From a bacterium (GTDB lineage Bacteria > Patescibacteriota > Minisyncoccia > Phycocordibacterales > UBA2163), in assembly GCA_018648925.1 (NCBI GenBank), contig JABGQE010000002.1:1-26359 (forward strand): DNA of 26,359 bases, read 5' to 3'. The position numbers and the translations under genes are program-made. Shown here piece by piece: positions 7,664 through 16,075 of the stretch. Below the pieces are notes generated by a model. That model was not told the origin of the DNA. It was given only the letters and a program-made list of their open reading frames with translations, and ran no database searches. Every line of letters begins with the position of its first letter. Within the stretch, counting starts at the first letter, position 1.

Positions 7664-8095
7664 CTAAAAGAACGTATTTGCGAGGATATTGACTATCTGC
7701 CATACAAAAAGCATTACAAATAGCGCTACAATACCCCATACCATAATACTCTTACCTTCTCTTCTCTTCTCTTCATTGTCTGCATTGAGTATAAACCTAG
7801 CAACACCCCAGAAGAAGAATAGGAGCGCCAAAGCCACGACCAAGATAACAGCTTGGTTTATGATATTAATCATAAAGTATATTATGTCCGTAATAGTTGA
7901 TCCTGTGCCGTATACATAATTTGAAGCAAAGCTTCCAGATCCACCGGTACCAAATCCATAGTTAGAACCGTAGTTATATCTAGAGTTGCGGTTCTGTCTA
8001 AATACACTATTAGTTTGTGCAAATGATATGAGTGGCATAAAAAATACCATTGCGCTAAATAAAAATAATTTAATTTTTTTAATGTGTTTTTTCAT
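7664..8095 (-). CDS. VirB2/TrbC-like pilin 3 with N/Y/G/S-rich insertion
   Basis: Signal peptide, a 40-aa low-complexity segment, then the same pilin hairpin (VVALALLFFFWGVARFILNADNEEKRREGKSIMVWGIVALFVM). Confidence 0.85.
   Translation of the reverse strand: MKKHIKKIKLFLFSAMVFFMPLISFAQTNSVFRQNRNSRYNYGSNYGFGTGGSGSFASNYVYGTGSTITDIIYFMINIINQAVILVVALALLFFFWGVARFILNADNEEKRREGKSIMVWGIVALFVMLFVWQIVNILANTFF
7805..7825. repeat. 21-bp exact direct repeat, copy 2
   Basis: Identical to 7387-7407. Confidence 0.9.
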
Positions 8096-8102
8096 ATAAA
8101 TA

Positions 8103-8495
8103 TTATGTTAACTCTATTGTATAACTAGACTGTACGACATCTCTTCTTATCTCATCTACAGTCCCTTGTATTGCATATGAAAGAAGCGATGCACCAAGTA
8201 TTACAGCAGCACCTATAAGTGTCCACATCAGTGCTTTTTTTGCTGTTATTAGGTCCTCTGGTTTTCCTTGCGCCTTTACAAACAAAAAACCTGAATAAAT
8301 AATCATAATCACTATGATAGGTATAGCAATAGTTATCACAACATCAAGAAGCGCTCTTAGAAAATCTGGGATTGAAGTGTACCCATCTTTTAGAGGGTTT
8401 TGAAGAGAGTTTGAACCTTGAGCAGAAACAATAGCAAAAGGAGAAAACAACATTACTGCAATCATACTAAAATAAATCTTCTTTATATTTTTCAT
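8103..8495 (-). CDS. VirB2/TrbC-like pilin 4
   Basis: Signal peptide from MKNIKK (alternative start 8525), LQNPLK motif, IIYSGFLFVKAQGKPEDLITAKKALMWTLIGAAVILGA hairpin. Confidence 0.85.
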   Translation of the reverse strand: MKNIKKIYFSMIAVMLFSPFAIVSAQGSNSLQNPLKDGYTSIPDFLRALLDVVITIAIPIIVIMIIYSGFLFVKAQGKPEDLITAKKALMWTLIGAAVILGASLLSYAIQGTVDEIRRDVVQSSYTIELT

Positions 8496-8532
8496 ACTAG
8501 AATTATCTCTTATTATCTGAACCATATCAATA

Positions 8533-9834
8533 CTATCTACTGCGTAACAACAAGTCTAACTCTTTATCGGCAAGGCTTACAGCATCCCCTAAGCGCACCC
8601 TACCAGATGTAACAGACTCTATTAAGTTTCTAAATATATCGTCAGTCTTTCCGCTATCTGGATCAAGCCAAGATTTTGACATCAAAGCAGCGTCATAGAA
8701 GACCGAATTAACTGCGTCTGTTGGTTTGTTTACAAGTATGTCACGTCTTACAGGAGGCAAGTTAAAATCTGCAGATGATTGCATTATACTTTCAATATTT
8801 GTAAGAGCTAGCCCTACGATGAGCGCTCCTGCTTGGTTTTTAGAATTACCTGGAATAGTAAAGGCTGACATCTTACCGTATGTTATTTTCGTATTAGCAT
8901 CTCGGAGCTGTGGCAGTGGGCTAATGTTGAAATTTAGATTTGGATTAGATCTAATGATTGTTTCAAACTCACTTGCAAATCCAAAGTATATTGCCAAATC
9001 ACCTGCTACAAATAACTCTTTGGAATTTGGAAGTGATTTATTCCACGAATACACAGACTTCACAGGGTTTGAAAACTCTGTATAAAATCTTACTGCGGCT
9101 TCTGCTGGAGGTGTCGCAAAATCAAGCTTCTCATTGATTATGGACTGAAGTCCATTTGCCGTAGGTACGACAATCCTATTACCAGACTGGATTATGAAGG
9201 CGGAAAGTATTTCTTTTGCATTTTCTACATTAGTAAACTCACCCAATGCTGTAAAACTTCTTGTAATATTTGATGCTGTATCACGTTGTGTAATCTTTGG
9301 ACTTAATGTAAAAAGTTCATCCCAAAACTCTGGCGGATTTGCTATACCCACGCTCTGGAATATGTCTCTATTCCAATACATAATCATAGGGTCTATAGTA
9401 AATGGCAATCCTAACACACCATTGTCTGTAAGATATATTTCACCTTCTTCTACAAAAGTATTTTTAAAATCACGCTCGGAAATAGTATCGTAAGGAATCT
9501 CAATTATCTTTTCTCTATTTCGTACAACCCCATCATGTGCAAGTAGCAACAAATCTGGCCCAGCTCCAGCAGCTAACGCTTCTATAAATTCTTCTTGATA
9601 TGTTTCTTTATTTTTTTGCGTATAAGTTACTGCAGAAAAACGACCATTGTTAGAATTTAGTTGAGTTATTAATTTGTTCATTGTCTCCGCCGGTACGGTG
9701 CCCCATATCTCTACCGTACCTATCTCTTGATCAGAGTTCCCTAACCCACCTACACCAGCAAATACGAGCATACCTGCGATCGCAAGTACTACAAATATAG
9801 CCATTACTACAATTTGAAAATTTGTCATGTTCAT
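8533..9834 (-). CDS. Extracellular solute-binding protein (family 1, carbohydrate-type), N-terminal membrane anchor
   Basis: VEIWG, AAGAGPDL, GLPFTIDPMIMYWNRDIF, PPEFWDEL and FVAGDLAIYFG are family-1 SBP motifs. No ABC permease or ATPase nearby. Confidence 0.85.
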   Translation of the reverse strand: MNMTNFQIVVMAIFVVLAIAGMLVFAGVGGLGNSDQEIGTVEIWGTVPAETMNKLITQLNSNNGRFSAVTYTQKNKETYQEEFIEALAAGAGPDLLLLAHDGVVRNREKIIEIPYDTISERDFKNTFVEEGEIYLTDNGVLGLPFTIDPMIMYWNRDIFQSVGIANPPEFWDELFTLSPKITQRDTASNITRSFTALGEFTNVENAKEILSAFIIQSGNRIVVPTANGLQSIINEKLDFATPPAEAAVRFYTEFSNPVKSVYSWNKSLPNSKELFVAGDLAIYFGFASEFETIIRSNPNLNFNISPLPQLRDANTKITYGKMSAFTIPGNSKNQAGALIVGLALTNIESIMQSSADFNLPPVRRDILVNKPTDAVNSVFYDAALMSKSWLDPDSGKTDDIFRNLIESVTSGRVRLGDAVSLADKELDLLLRSR

Positions 9835-9848
9835 AAGCCTAGTATATT

Positions 9849-10382
9849 TTAATTATTATTTTTATGAAAAATCAGACCGTAATGATGTTCTCCTGCATCA
9901 AACCTACTATCAAACTCAAAACCTTTTTCTGTAAAAATCCCTCTTGCTGTGCTTTCTGTCACTATATTACTAGCTTGTGGACCCATACCACCAAAAGAGT
10001 CACTCCAATCTACAACCATTAGCCTGCCATTAGCTTTCAGTACACGACGTATCTCTATTGCTGTCGTACCTTTGTCTTCTAGTTGGAAAAGTGTATTTGC
10101 GATAATCACAGCATCCACTGACTCGTCACCAAGCTTTGTCCCATCGACAGTCTCAATATCTCCCCAGAGAACATCCACATTTTCTCTCTTTGCATCTTCT
10201 ACCATCCTTTTTACTTTTTGCAAAAGTGATTGCTGTAAGTCTATCGCATATACACGACCTCTGTCTCCCACCAACTCACTTACTGCCATCACATAGTGAC
10301 CAGAACCAGAACCGAAGTCTGCAACTGACATCCCTTCAGTCAAATGTAATTGTTTTATATTATTTTTGGGATCTGAAAACAT
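9849..10382 (-). CDS. Class I SAM-dependent methyltransferase
   Basis: Motif I VADFGSGSGHY, VYAIDLQ, SVDAVIIANTL and RRVLKANGRLMVVDW. Confidence 0.9.
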   Translation of the reverse strand: MFSDPKNNIKQLHLTEGMSVADFGSGSGHYVMAVSELVGDRGRVYAIDLQQSLLQKVKRMVEDAKRENVDVLWGDIETVDGTKLGDESVDAVIIANTLFQLEDKGTTAIEIRRVLKANGRLMVVDWSDSFGGMGPQASNIVTESTARGIFTEKGFEFDSRFDAGEHHYGLIFHKNNN

Positions 10383-10404
10383 TACTAATAGTATACAATT
10401 TATT

Positions 10405-12900
10405 TTATAAGCATACGAGTGCAGCTATGCTATCTCCTGCTCTAAGTTTCATTATTCGCACTCCTTGTGTCTGTCTTCCAAGAGACGGCACTTCTTTTAG
10501 GTCAAGCCGTATCACCTGCCCTTTCTTTGACATAGCCACAAGCTCTAAGTCATCTGAACCATCGGAACCTATTGCTTTTGCTGCTATTAGGTTACCTGTC
10601 TTTGTAGTTACCTTTGCTGTTTTGATACCAGAACCACCGCGGTTTTGTACTTTATATTCTTTTATTTTTGTTTTCTTTCCGTATCCAGATGCGCTCAATA
10701 CTAGAATCTCCGCTGTATTATCACCAGCTTTTACAACACCTGCGCTTATTACCTTATCGTCACTTCCTATCTTTATAGCGCGCACTCCTGCTGCATTTCT
10801 ACCCATCTCTCGTATGTCGTCTCCCTTAAAGCGGATTGACTGTCCTTTTGTTGTAGCTACCACCACTTCATCGCCCTTTTCAAGTAGTGATGCAGATATA
10901 AGCCTGTCTTCTTTGCCAAGCGTAATAGCGATGAGTCCACTTCGTCTTACATCGTAGAAATTCTCAGCTGCGACCCTCTTTGCAGTACCGTTCTCTGTTA
11001 CCATCACAAGTGACAAAGCATCTTTCTTTGCATCCTTTGGAAGCGCTAATACTGAAGTTATGTTCTCACCTTGTGGAAGCGACAAGAAATTCATAATAGA
11101 CTTTCCTCGTGTAGCCCGCCGTCCTTCTGGAATGTCATACATCTTCATCTGGTAAACCTTTCCTCGGTCAGAGAAAAATAGCATGTCACTGTGTGTACTT
11201 GCTGTTAGGAATGTAGTTACAAAGTCTTCTTCTTTTGTATTAAGATCAACCACTCCTACTCCACCTCGTTTTTGTTTTTTGTATTCGTCAGGATTAGTTC
11301 TTTTGATATAACCACCTGATGTAAGTACTAATATACTTTCCTCGTCAGGTATTAGGTCTTCGACAGAAATAGACTTTACTCCACCTTTAACTACTTTTGT
11401 TCTTCGCTCGTCGCCATACTTCTCAATAATCTCTTTGAGTTCGTTCTTAATAGTAGTAAGGATCTTTTTAGGACTTCCTAGGAGTTCTTTGAGGTCTTTA
11501 ATAAGTTGTTGAATTGCCTTTAGCTCATCTTCTATCTTTTTTCGCTCAAGCCCTGCAAGCTTCTGTAGTCGCATCTCAAGTATTGCTGTAGCTTGTTTAT
11601 CAGAGAATTTAAATTCTTTCATCAGAGCAGCATGTGCAGATGGAGCGTCTTTGGATGCTTTTATAGTCTTTATAATCTTGTCTATATGATCAAGAGCCTT
11701 TTTAAGGCCGAGTAATATATGCTCACGGTCCTCTGCCTTCCTGAGGTCAAACTCTGTTCTTCGTTTTACTACTATTTGTCTGTGAGAAATAAACTCTTCT
11801 AAGATTCTTTTAAGTGAAAGTGTCTGTGGTACGCCGTCCACAAGCACCACCATATTGAAATGAAATGTCTCTTCAAGTTGTGTATGTTTATAAATATAAT
11901 TTAGAACGTTCTGTGGTTGTGCACCCCCTTTGAGCTCTACTACCACTCGTATATCTCCCTTTGCAGATTCGTCTCGTAAGTCTTTTATGCCTTCTAGTTT
12001 TTTGTCGCGTACGAGGTCTGCTATCTTTACTATCATGTCGGATTTGTTAACACGATATGGGATTGAACTAATTACAATATTAAAATTCCCTTTTTTGTCT
12101 TCTACTATCTCTGCGTCACCTCGGGTAAGCACACCCCCTTTACCGCTTGAGTACGCATGATGAATGTCTTTATGATTATAAATAATCCCACCGACTGGAA
12201 AGTCAGGGCCTTTGATATGCTTCATCAGGTCTTCTGTTCCTGCGTCTTTATTGTCTATGAGCTCTATGACGGCATTACAAACCTCACCAAGGTTGTGAGG
12301 TGCCATATTTGTTGCCATACCGACAGCAATACCAAGTGTACCGTTAAGAAGGATGTTTGGCACTGCCGCTGGCAAAACTATGGGCTCTTTTCTTGTACCG
12401 TCGTAGTTGGGACGCCACTCTACTGTGTCCTTCTCTAAGTCACGCAGAAGCTCACCTGAAAGCTTTGACATTTTTGCTTCCGTATAACGCATAGCAGCTG
12501 GAGAGTCCCCATCAATTGAACCGAAGTTACCTTGACCTATAACAAGCGGATATCTGTATGTAAAGTTTTGTGCCATTTTTGCCATACCGTCATAGATAGC
12601 CACGTCACCATGTGGATGGTATTTACCCATCACGTCTCCGATAACTGCTGCTGACTTTCTAAACTTCGCAGAGGAATTCAAGCCCATCTGATTCATGGTA
12701 TGTAAGACCCTTCTTGCTCCGGGCTTCAGGCCGTCGCGTACGTCAGGAAGAGCACGCATAGTGATGACGGACATCGCATAGTCCAAATAAGACTCTCTCA
12801 TTTCGGAGCTTATGCTTTGTTGTATTACGTTTTGATGCGGTACTATTTCCGCTTTATTACCGCCAGCTGGCGGTTTTTTTTCTTCCTCTTTCTTTGCCAT
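10405..12900 (-). CDS. gyrA: DNA gyrase subunit A
   Basis: [26 protein letters not shown] (catalytic Tyr), GyrA-box QKRGGVG and six beta-pinwheel repeats. No acidic tail; gyrB is not adjacent. Confidence 0.97.
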   Translation of the reverse strand: MAKKEEEKKPPAGGNKAEIVPHQNVIQQSISSEMRESYLDYAMSVITMRALPDVRDGLKPGARRVLHTMNQMGLNSSAKFRKSAAVIGDVMGKYHPHGDVAIYDGMAKMAQNFTYRYPLVIGQGNFGSIDGDSPAAMRYTEAKMSKLSGELLRDLEKDTVEWRPNYDGTRKEPIVLPAAVPNILLNGTLGIAVGMATNMAPHNLGEVCNAVIELIDNKDAGTEDLMKHIKGPDFPVGGIIYNHKDIHHAYSSGKGGVLTRGDAEIVEDKKGNFNIVISSIPYRVNKSDMIVKIADLVRDKKLEGIKDLRDESAKGDIRVVVELKGGAQPQNVLNYIYKHTQLEETFHFNMVVLVDGVPQTLSLKRILEEFISHRQIVVKRRTEFDLRKAEDREHILLGLKKALDHIDKIIKTIKASKDAPSAHAALMKEFKFSDKQATAILEMRLQKLAGLERKKIEDELKAIQQLIKDLKELLGSPKKILTTIKNELKEIIEKYGDERRTKVVKGGVKSISVEDLIPDEESILVLTSGGYIKRTNPDEYKKQKRGGVGVVDLNTKEEDFVTTFLTASTHSDMLFFSDRGKVYQMKMYDIPEGRRATRGKSIMNFLSLPQGENITSVLALPKDAKKDALSLVMVTENGTAKRVAAENFYDVRRSGLIAITLGKEDRLISASLLEKGDEVVVATTKGQSIRFKGDDIREMGRNAAGVRAIKIGSDDKVISAGVVKAGDNTAEILVLSASGYGKKTKIKEYKVQNRGGSGIKTAKVTTKTGNLIAAKAIGSDGSDDLELVAMSKKGQVIRLDLKEVPSLGRQTQGVRIMKLRAGDSIAALVCL

Positions 12901-12941
12901 AATTGTGTCTAATTATAGCACATTTGGGATATTTTTGAAAG

Positions 12942-12982
12942 AAAAAAGGCGACTCACGGATATAAAATCCCGCGAATCGCCT
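12942..12982 (-). terminator. Intrinsic terminator for the 13009-13618 operon
   Basis: Minus strand AGGCGATTCGCGG-loop-CCGTGAGTCGCCT (two G-U pairs) followed by a T tract. Confidence 0.75.
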
Positions 12983-13008
12983 AATCTAAATAAGCAACAG
13001 TTTGTACT

Positions 13009-13182
13009 CTAAAATTTTATTGCCCAAACCCCCGCTGCAAGTAAAATACCTATAATAAAACAGAATAAATATCCTACATCTTTATAACTACGATAGTCGT
13101 CATTACGATGATGAATCATTCCCAGAATACCAACGATTGTCATAATAACTCCAACAACTAATATCCCAATGGACATAACCAT
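13009..13182 (-). CDS. Small two-TM membrane protein (57 aa), absent from the ORF track
   Basis: AAGGAG 6 nt before ATG. MVMSIGILVVGVIMTIVGILGMIHHRNDDYRSYKDVGYLFCFIIGILLAAGVWAIKF-stop, followed by a terminator. Confidence 0.75.
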   Translation of the reverse strand: MVMSIGILVVGVIMTIVGILGMIHHRNDDYRSYKDVGYLFCFIIGILLAAGVWAIKF

Positions 13183-13195
13183 AAATATCTCCTTT

Positions 13196-13618
13196 TTATA
13201 AAGATTCTTCTGTATTAGCTTTTATTATAAGGTGCATACTTCTTACAGAAAATATAGTTTTACCAGTCGCAGTTGTAAACAACCCATTCAAGAAGAAAAA
13301 TTGCTCTCTACCACCTTTACCATCTTCATCATCTTTTGTTTCAAACTCGCCTCTAATAAATAGACAATTCCCAGATACTCTTCTTGCACCTATTTGAAAA
13401 CTATCAATATTAGGTTCAGTAAATTTAACACTAAATAAGTCCTTCCCAACAAGATGGTTTGCTGCAATCCTTGCCATTCTTTCGCTCCATTCTTCACCTT
13501 CCTTACACAGATTAAGAGCAAACCACTTACCCTTGAATATCATAGCGCTATTTGTTAAACCAAGTCTTAGCTGAAGAGAAGCTAATGATTCCGGTTTTAC
13601 TATTGTATTCGTATCCAT
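13196..13618 (-). CDS. Hypothetical protein, possible hotdog (thioesterase/dehydratase-like) fold
   Basis: Start at MDTNT with AGGGA upstream. Helix followed by SVKFTEP...GNCLFIRGEF...FFFLNGLFTTATGKTIF resembles hotdog strand order (weak, by eye). Confidence 0.55.
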   Translation of the reverse strand: MDTNTIVKPESLASLQLRLGLTNSAMIFKGKWFALNLCKEGEEWSERMARIAANHLVGKDLFSVKFTEPNIDSFQIGARRVSGNCLFIRGEFETKDDEDGKGGREQFFFLNGLFTTATGKTIFSVRSMHLIIKANTEESL

Positions 13619-13665
13619 TTTCAAGTCCCTTTCACAAAAAGTTATACTGCAATATTCTGCTGCTG

Positions 13666-13694
13666 AGTATACCTTGGATATCAAGTCATGTCAA
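13666..13694 (-). promoter_or_regulatory. Near-consensus sigma70 promoter
   Basis: Minus strand TTGACA-17 nt-TATACT. Confidence 0.75.
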
Positions 13695-13703
13695 GAAAAT
13701 ACA

Positions 13704-13738
13704 TAAATACCTCATTCCTTGAAGAAACGAGGTATTTA
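13704..13738 (-). terminator. Putative intrinsic terminator
   Basis: TAAATACCTC/GAGGTATTTA core, extended by G-U pairs on the minus strand, downstream of the 13760-14032 gene. Confidence 0.6.
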
Positions 13739-13759
13739 GGGGCTTTTTAGCCTATTTTT

Positions 13760-14032
13760 TTACTGCTGGAAGATACCTTCAAGCTCTCTTCTGCTTTCAT
13801 CAAACTGTTCTCTACCCTCTTCAAACACTTCAGAAAATCCTTCCTTTACGCCTGCCACAAGAGATGGACTGTCTTGCTTTCTAACCACTTCTGCCTCTTG
13901 ACCAAACCTCAACCCAACTACTGAAAGCCATACTATAAATATTATCCCTGCGATTATTGCAGCGACTATGAAAGCTATTTTCATACGATATGATTCTGGC
14001 TTTTCTCTTAATTTGTCTACTGTATTTAACAT
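13760..14032 (-). CDS. Hypothetical single-TM protein
   Basis: LREKPESYRMKIAFIVAAIIAGIIFIVW followed by an amphipathic tail; 11 nt downstream of the MBL-fold gene. Confidence 0.75.
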   Translation of the reverse strand: MLNTVDKLREKPESYRMKIAFIVAAIIAGIIFIVWLSVVGLRFGQEAEVVRKQDSPSLVAGVKEGFSEVFEEGREQFDESRRELEGIFQQ

Positions 14033-14043
14033 AATAGATTTTG

Positions 14044-14682
14044 TTAATTTTTAAGAACCACTATTTCCCCCTCTTTACCATCTAAATCTTTTTTCTTTAT
14101 TGTTAGTTTATCAACAGGCTTGCCGTTCTCTCCTCCGTCTTCTTTTAAGAATTTTGCTAAAGCACTTTCTTTCCCTTCTTCTATTTCTCCGTAGTGCATC
14201 GGTATTACAATCTTTGGCTCAAGATCTACGGCAATAGCATGCGCATCTGCCGTACCAAGCACTCCGTTTCCACCGATAGGTACAAATAAAATATCAATAT
14301 TACCAAGAGCTTCTTTTACATCTGCATTAAGCTTTTTAGAATTAAGTGCACCTAAAAATACTAAGTTCATCCCTTCAAGCACTATAGAGTACACTGTGTT
14401 TATCCTATCACTTCCACCATATCCTGAAACACTCTGTAAACCTTTTATAAAAACTTTTTTAACTTCATATTCTCCGGGGCCTGTTATAGCGAAAGGTTCT
14501 TTGTCGCCATGAGTTACTTGCCCTATACCGTTAAAGTCTTTGTCATTCAAGCTAACAACAGCAATATCAGCACCAAATTTGGCGCCACTTAATTTTGATT
14601 CTTTTGAAATAGGGTTTATAGCGACCGTAGTATCCCCAAATGCCGCCTTAAAAAATTCCCCTCCGTGATATGTAATTACCAT
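14044..14682 (-). CDS. MBL-fold hydrolase-like protein (Lactamase_B_3-like) with degenerate metal site
   Basis: MVITYHGGEFF start, ITGPGEYEVKKVFI, IDILFVPIGG and PKIVIPMHY. The HxHxDH position reads SLNDKDF. Confidence 0.8.
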   Translation of the reverse strand: MVITYHGGEFFKAAFGDTTVAINPISKESKLSGAKFGADIAVVSLNDKDFNGIGQVTHGDKEPFAITGPGEYEVKKVFIKGLQSVSGYGGSDRINTVYSIVLEGMNLVFLGALNSKKLNADVKEALGNIDILFVPIGGNGVLGTADAHAIAVDLEPKIVIPMHYGEIEEGKESALAKFLKEDGGENGKPVDKLTIKKKDLDGKEGEIVVLKN

Positions 14683-14828
14683 AATCTCTATTGTAGCAGA
14701 TAATTGCAAAAGGTTAAGTTTTATAGTAATATTGAGAACATTGTTTTATTAATCCTTGTGTAGGAACTAACCCCACTCAATACTGTAATTGCAAGAGAAT
14801 GAGAGGACATCCTGCGCTATTTTAAATT

Positions 14829-15977
14829 ATGACAACAAAAACTGAAGACTTAGAAGATAAAGTAGAAGAAACAAAAGAAGAAGATTTAATACTACAAAAG
14901 AAGACTGGGAAAAAGGATTCCGTAATGGCGAAGCTATTAAACGATAGCCCTAATCCACCCGAATCAGGAGACCTTGTTGAAGGTCCTGTTATTGGCATTG
15001 AGAAATCAAGTGTATTTATTGATTTACATCCATTCGGAACTGGTATTATTTACGGAAAAGAATTCCTACAAGCATCTGACGTACTTAGGAAAGTAAACCT
15101 TGGCGACAAGGTCGCAGCAAAAGTAGTTGACCGAACTACAAATAAAGATGGTTATATTGAACTATCTCTCAAAGAAGCTCGACAAGCACTTCTTTGGAGT
15201 GAGGCAGAGATTGCTATTGCAAATAAAAGTATTATTGAAGTCCCTGTAAAAGAAGCAAACAAAGGCGGGCTTATACTTGAATGGAAGAGCATACAAGGTT
15301 TCTTGCCTGCATCACAACTTAAAGCAGGTCATTACCCACGAGTAACAGACGGCGACAAAGATAAAATCCTAAACGAATTAAATAAATTAGTAGGTACAAA
15401 ACTTTCAGTATCTATTATCACAGCAGATCCTAAAGAAGGTAAACTTATCTTCTCTGAAAAAGATCCAGAAAAGAAAGAGAAAGAAAAGATTGTAGACAAG
15501 TATGCAGTTGGCGATGAATTAGATGGAGAAGTAACAGGTATCGTTGACTTTGGTATCTTTGTAAAGATTGAGGAGGGGCTTGAAGGGCTTGTGCACATTT
15601 CTGAGATTGAATGGGGTCTAGTAGATGATCCTAAAGCACTCTTCAAAGTAGGAGACAAAACAAAAGTTAAAATTATAGAAATCAAAGACGGTAAGATCTC
15701 ACTTTCTATAAAAGCTATGAAGGAAAACCCTTGGAAGAGCGCGATAGATAAGTATAAAAAAGATGACAGTGTTACTGGCGTTGTAATCAAATACAATAAA
15801 CACGGAGCTCTTGCTTCAATAGAAGAAGGGGTTGCAGGACTAGTACATGTGTCAGAATTTGAAAACGAAGAAGAATTACGCAATACACTTGAACTTGGGA
15901 AGACTTACAATTTCAAGATAGCAGTATTTGAACCAAAAGAACAAAAAATGACGCTTTCGTTTAAGAAAGAAGCTTAA
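14829..15977 (+). CDS. rpsA: 30S ribosomal protein bS1 (four S1 repeats)
   Basis: ANKGGLI, GFLPASQL, IVDFGIFV...EGLVHISEI and GLVHVSE S1-domain motifs. Confidence 0.93.
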   Translation: MTTKTEDLEDKVEETKEEDLILQKKTGKKDSVMAKLLNDSPNPPESGDLVEGPVIGIEKSSVFIDLHPFGTGIIYGKEFLQASDVLRKVNLGDKVAAKVVDRTTNKDGYIELSLKEARQALLWSEAEIAIANKSIIEVPVKEANKGGLILEWKSIQGFLPASQLKAGHYPRVTDGDKDKILNELNKLVGTKLSVSIITADPKEGKLIFSEKDPEKKEKEKIVDKYAVGDELDGEVTGIVDFGIFVKIEEGLEGLVHISEIEWGLVDDPKALFKVGDKTKVKIIEIKDGKISLSIKAMKENPWKSAIDKYKKDDSVTGVVIKYNKHGALASIEEGVAGLVHVSEFENEEELRNTLELGKTYNFKIAVFEPKEQKMTLSFKKEA

Positions 15978-15994
15978 CAAGACAAACAAAATAC

Positions 15995-16034
15995 AAAAAT
16001 AAACAGCTCATCTCACGATGAGCTGTTTATTTTT
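15995..16034. terminator. Bidirectional intrinsic terminator after rpsA
   Basis: Perfect 18-bp inverted repeat AAAAATAAACAGCTCATC-TCAC-GATGAGCTGTTTATTTTT. Confidence 0.88.
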
Positions 16035-16040
16035 TAATCT

Positions 16041-16061
16041 ATCCAAGGTTCGACCTTGGAT
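16041..16061. repeat. REP-like palindrome copy 1
   Basis: ATCCAAGG-TTCGA-CCTTGGAT, 14 nt beyond the CDPS stop. Confidence 0.85.
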
Positions 16062-16075
16062 TTTATAAGACAATC

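Noticed and set aside
8096-8107. CATAAT 6 nt before the pilin 3 start as another leaderless promoter
   Set aside because: The hexamer includes the TAA stop of pilin 4, so it is not independent evidence.
6949-8495. Conjugative element or complete type IV secretion system; type IV (prepilin) pilins
   Set aside because: No relaxase, VirB4, VirD4 or integrase is present, and the proteins lack the class III GFxxxE prepilin motif.
12281-12301. ACCTCAC-CAAGGTT-GTGAGGT palindrome inside gyrA
   Set aside because: A 7-bp stem within conserved coding sequence (APHNLGEV) that lacks the AGG-N5-CCT core; compatible with chance.
13672-13678. Single CCTTGGA half-site in the spacer of the 13666-13694 promoter
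   Set aside because: No partner arm; about one chance occurrence of a given 7-mer is expected in 26 kb.
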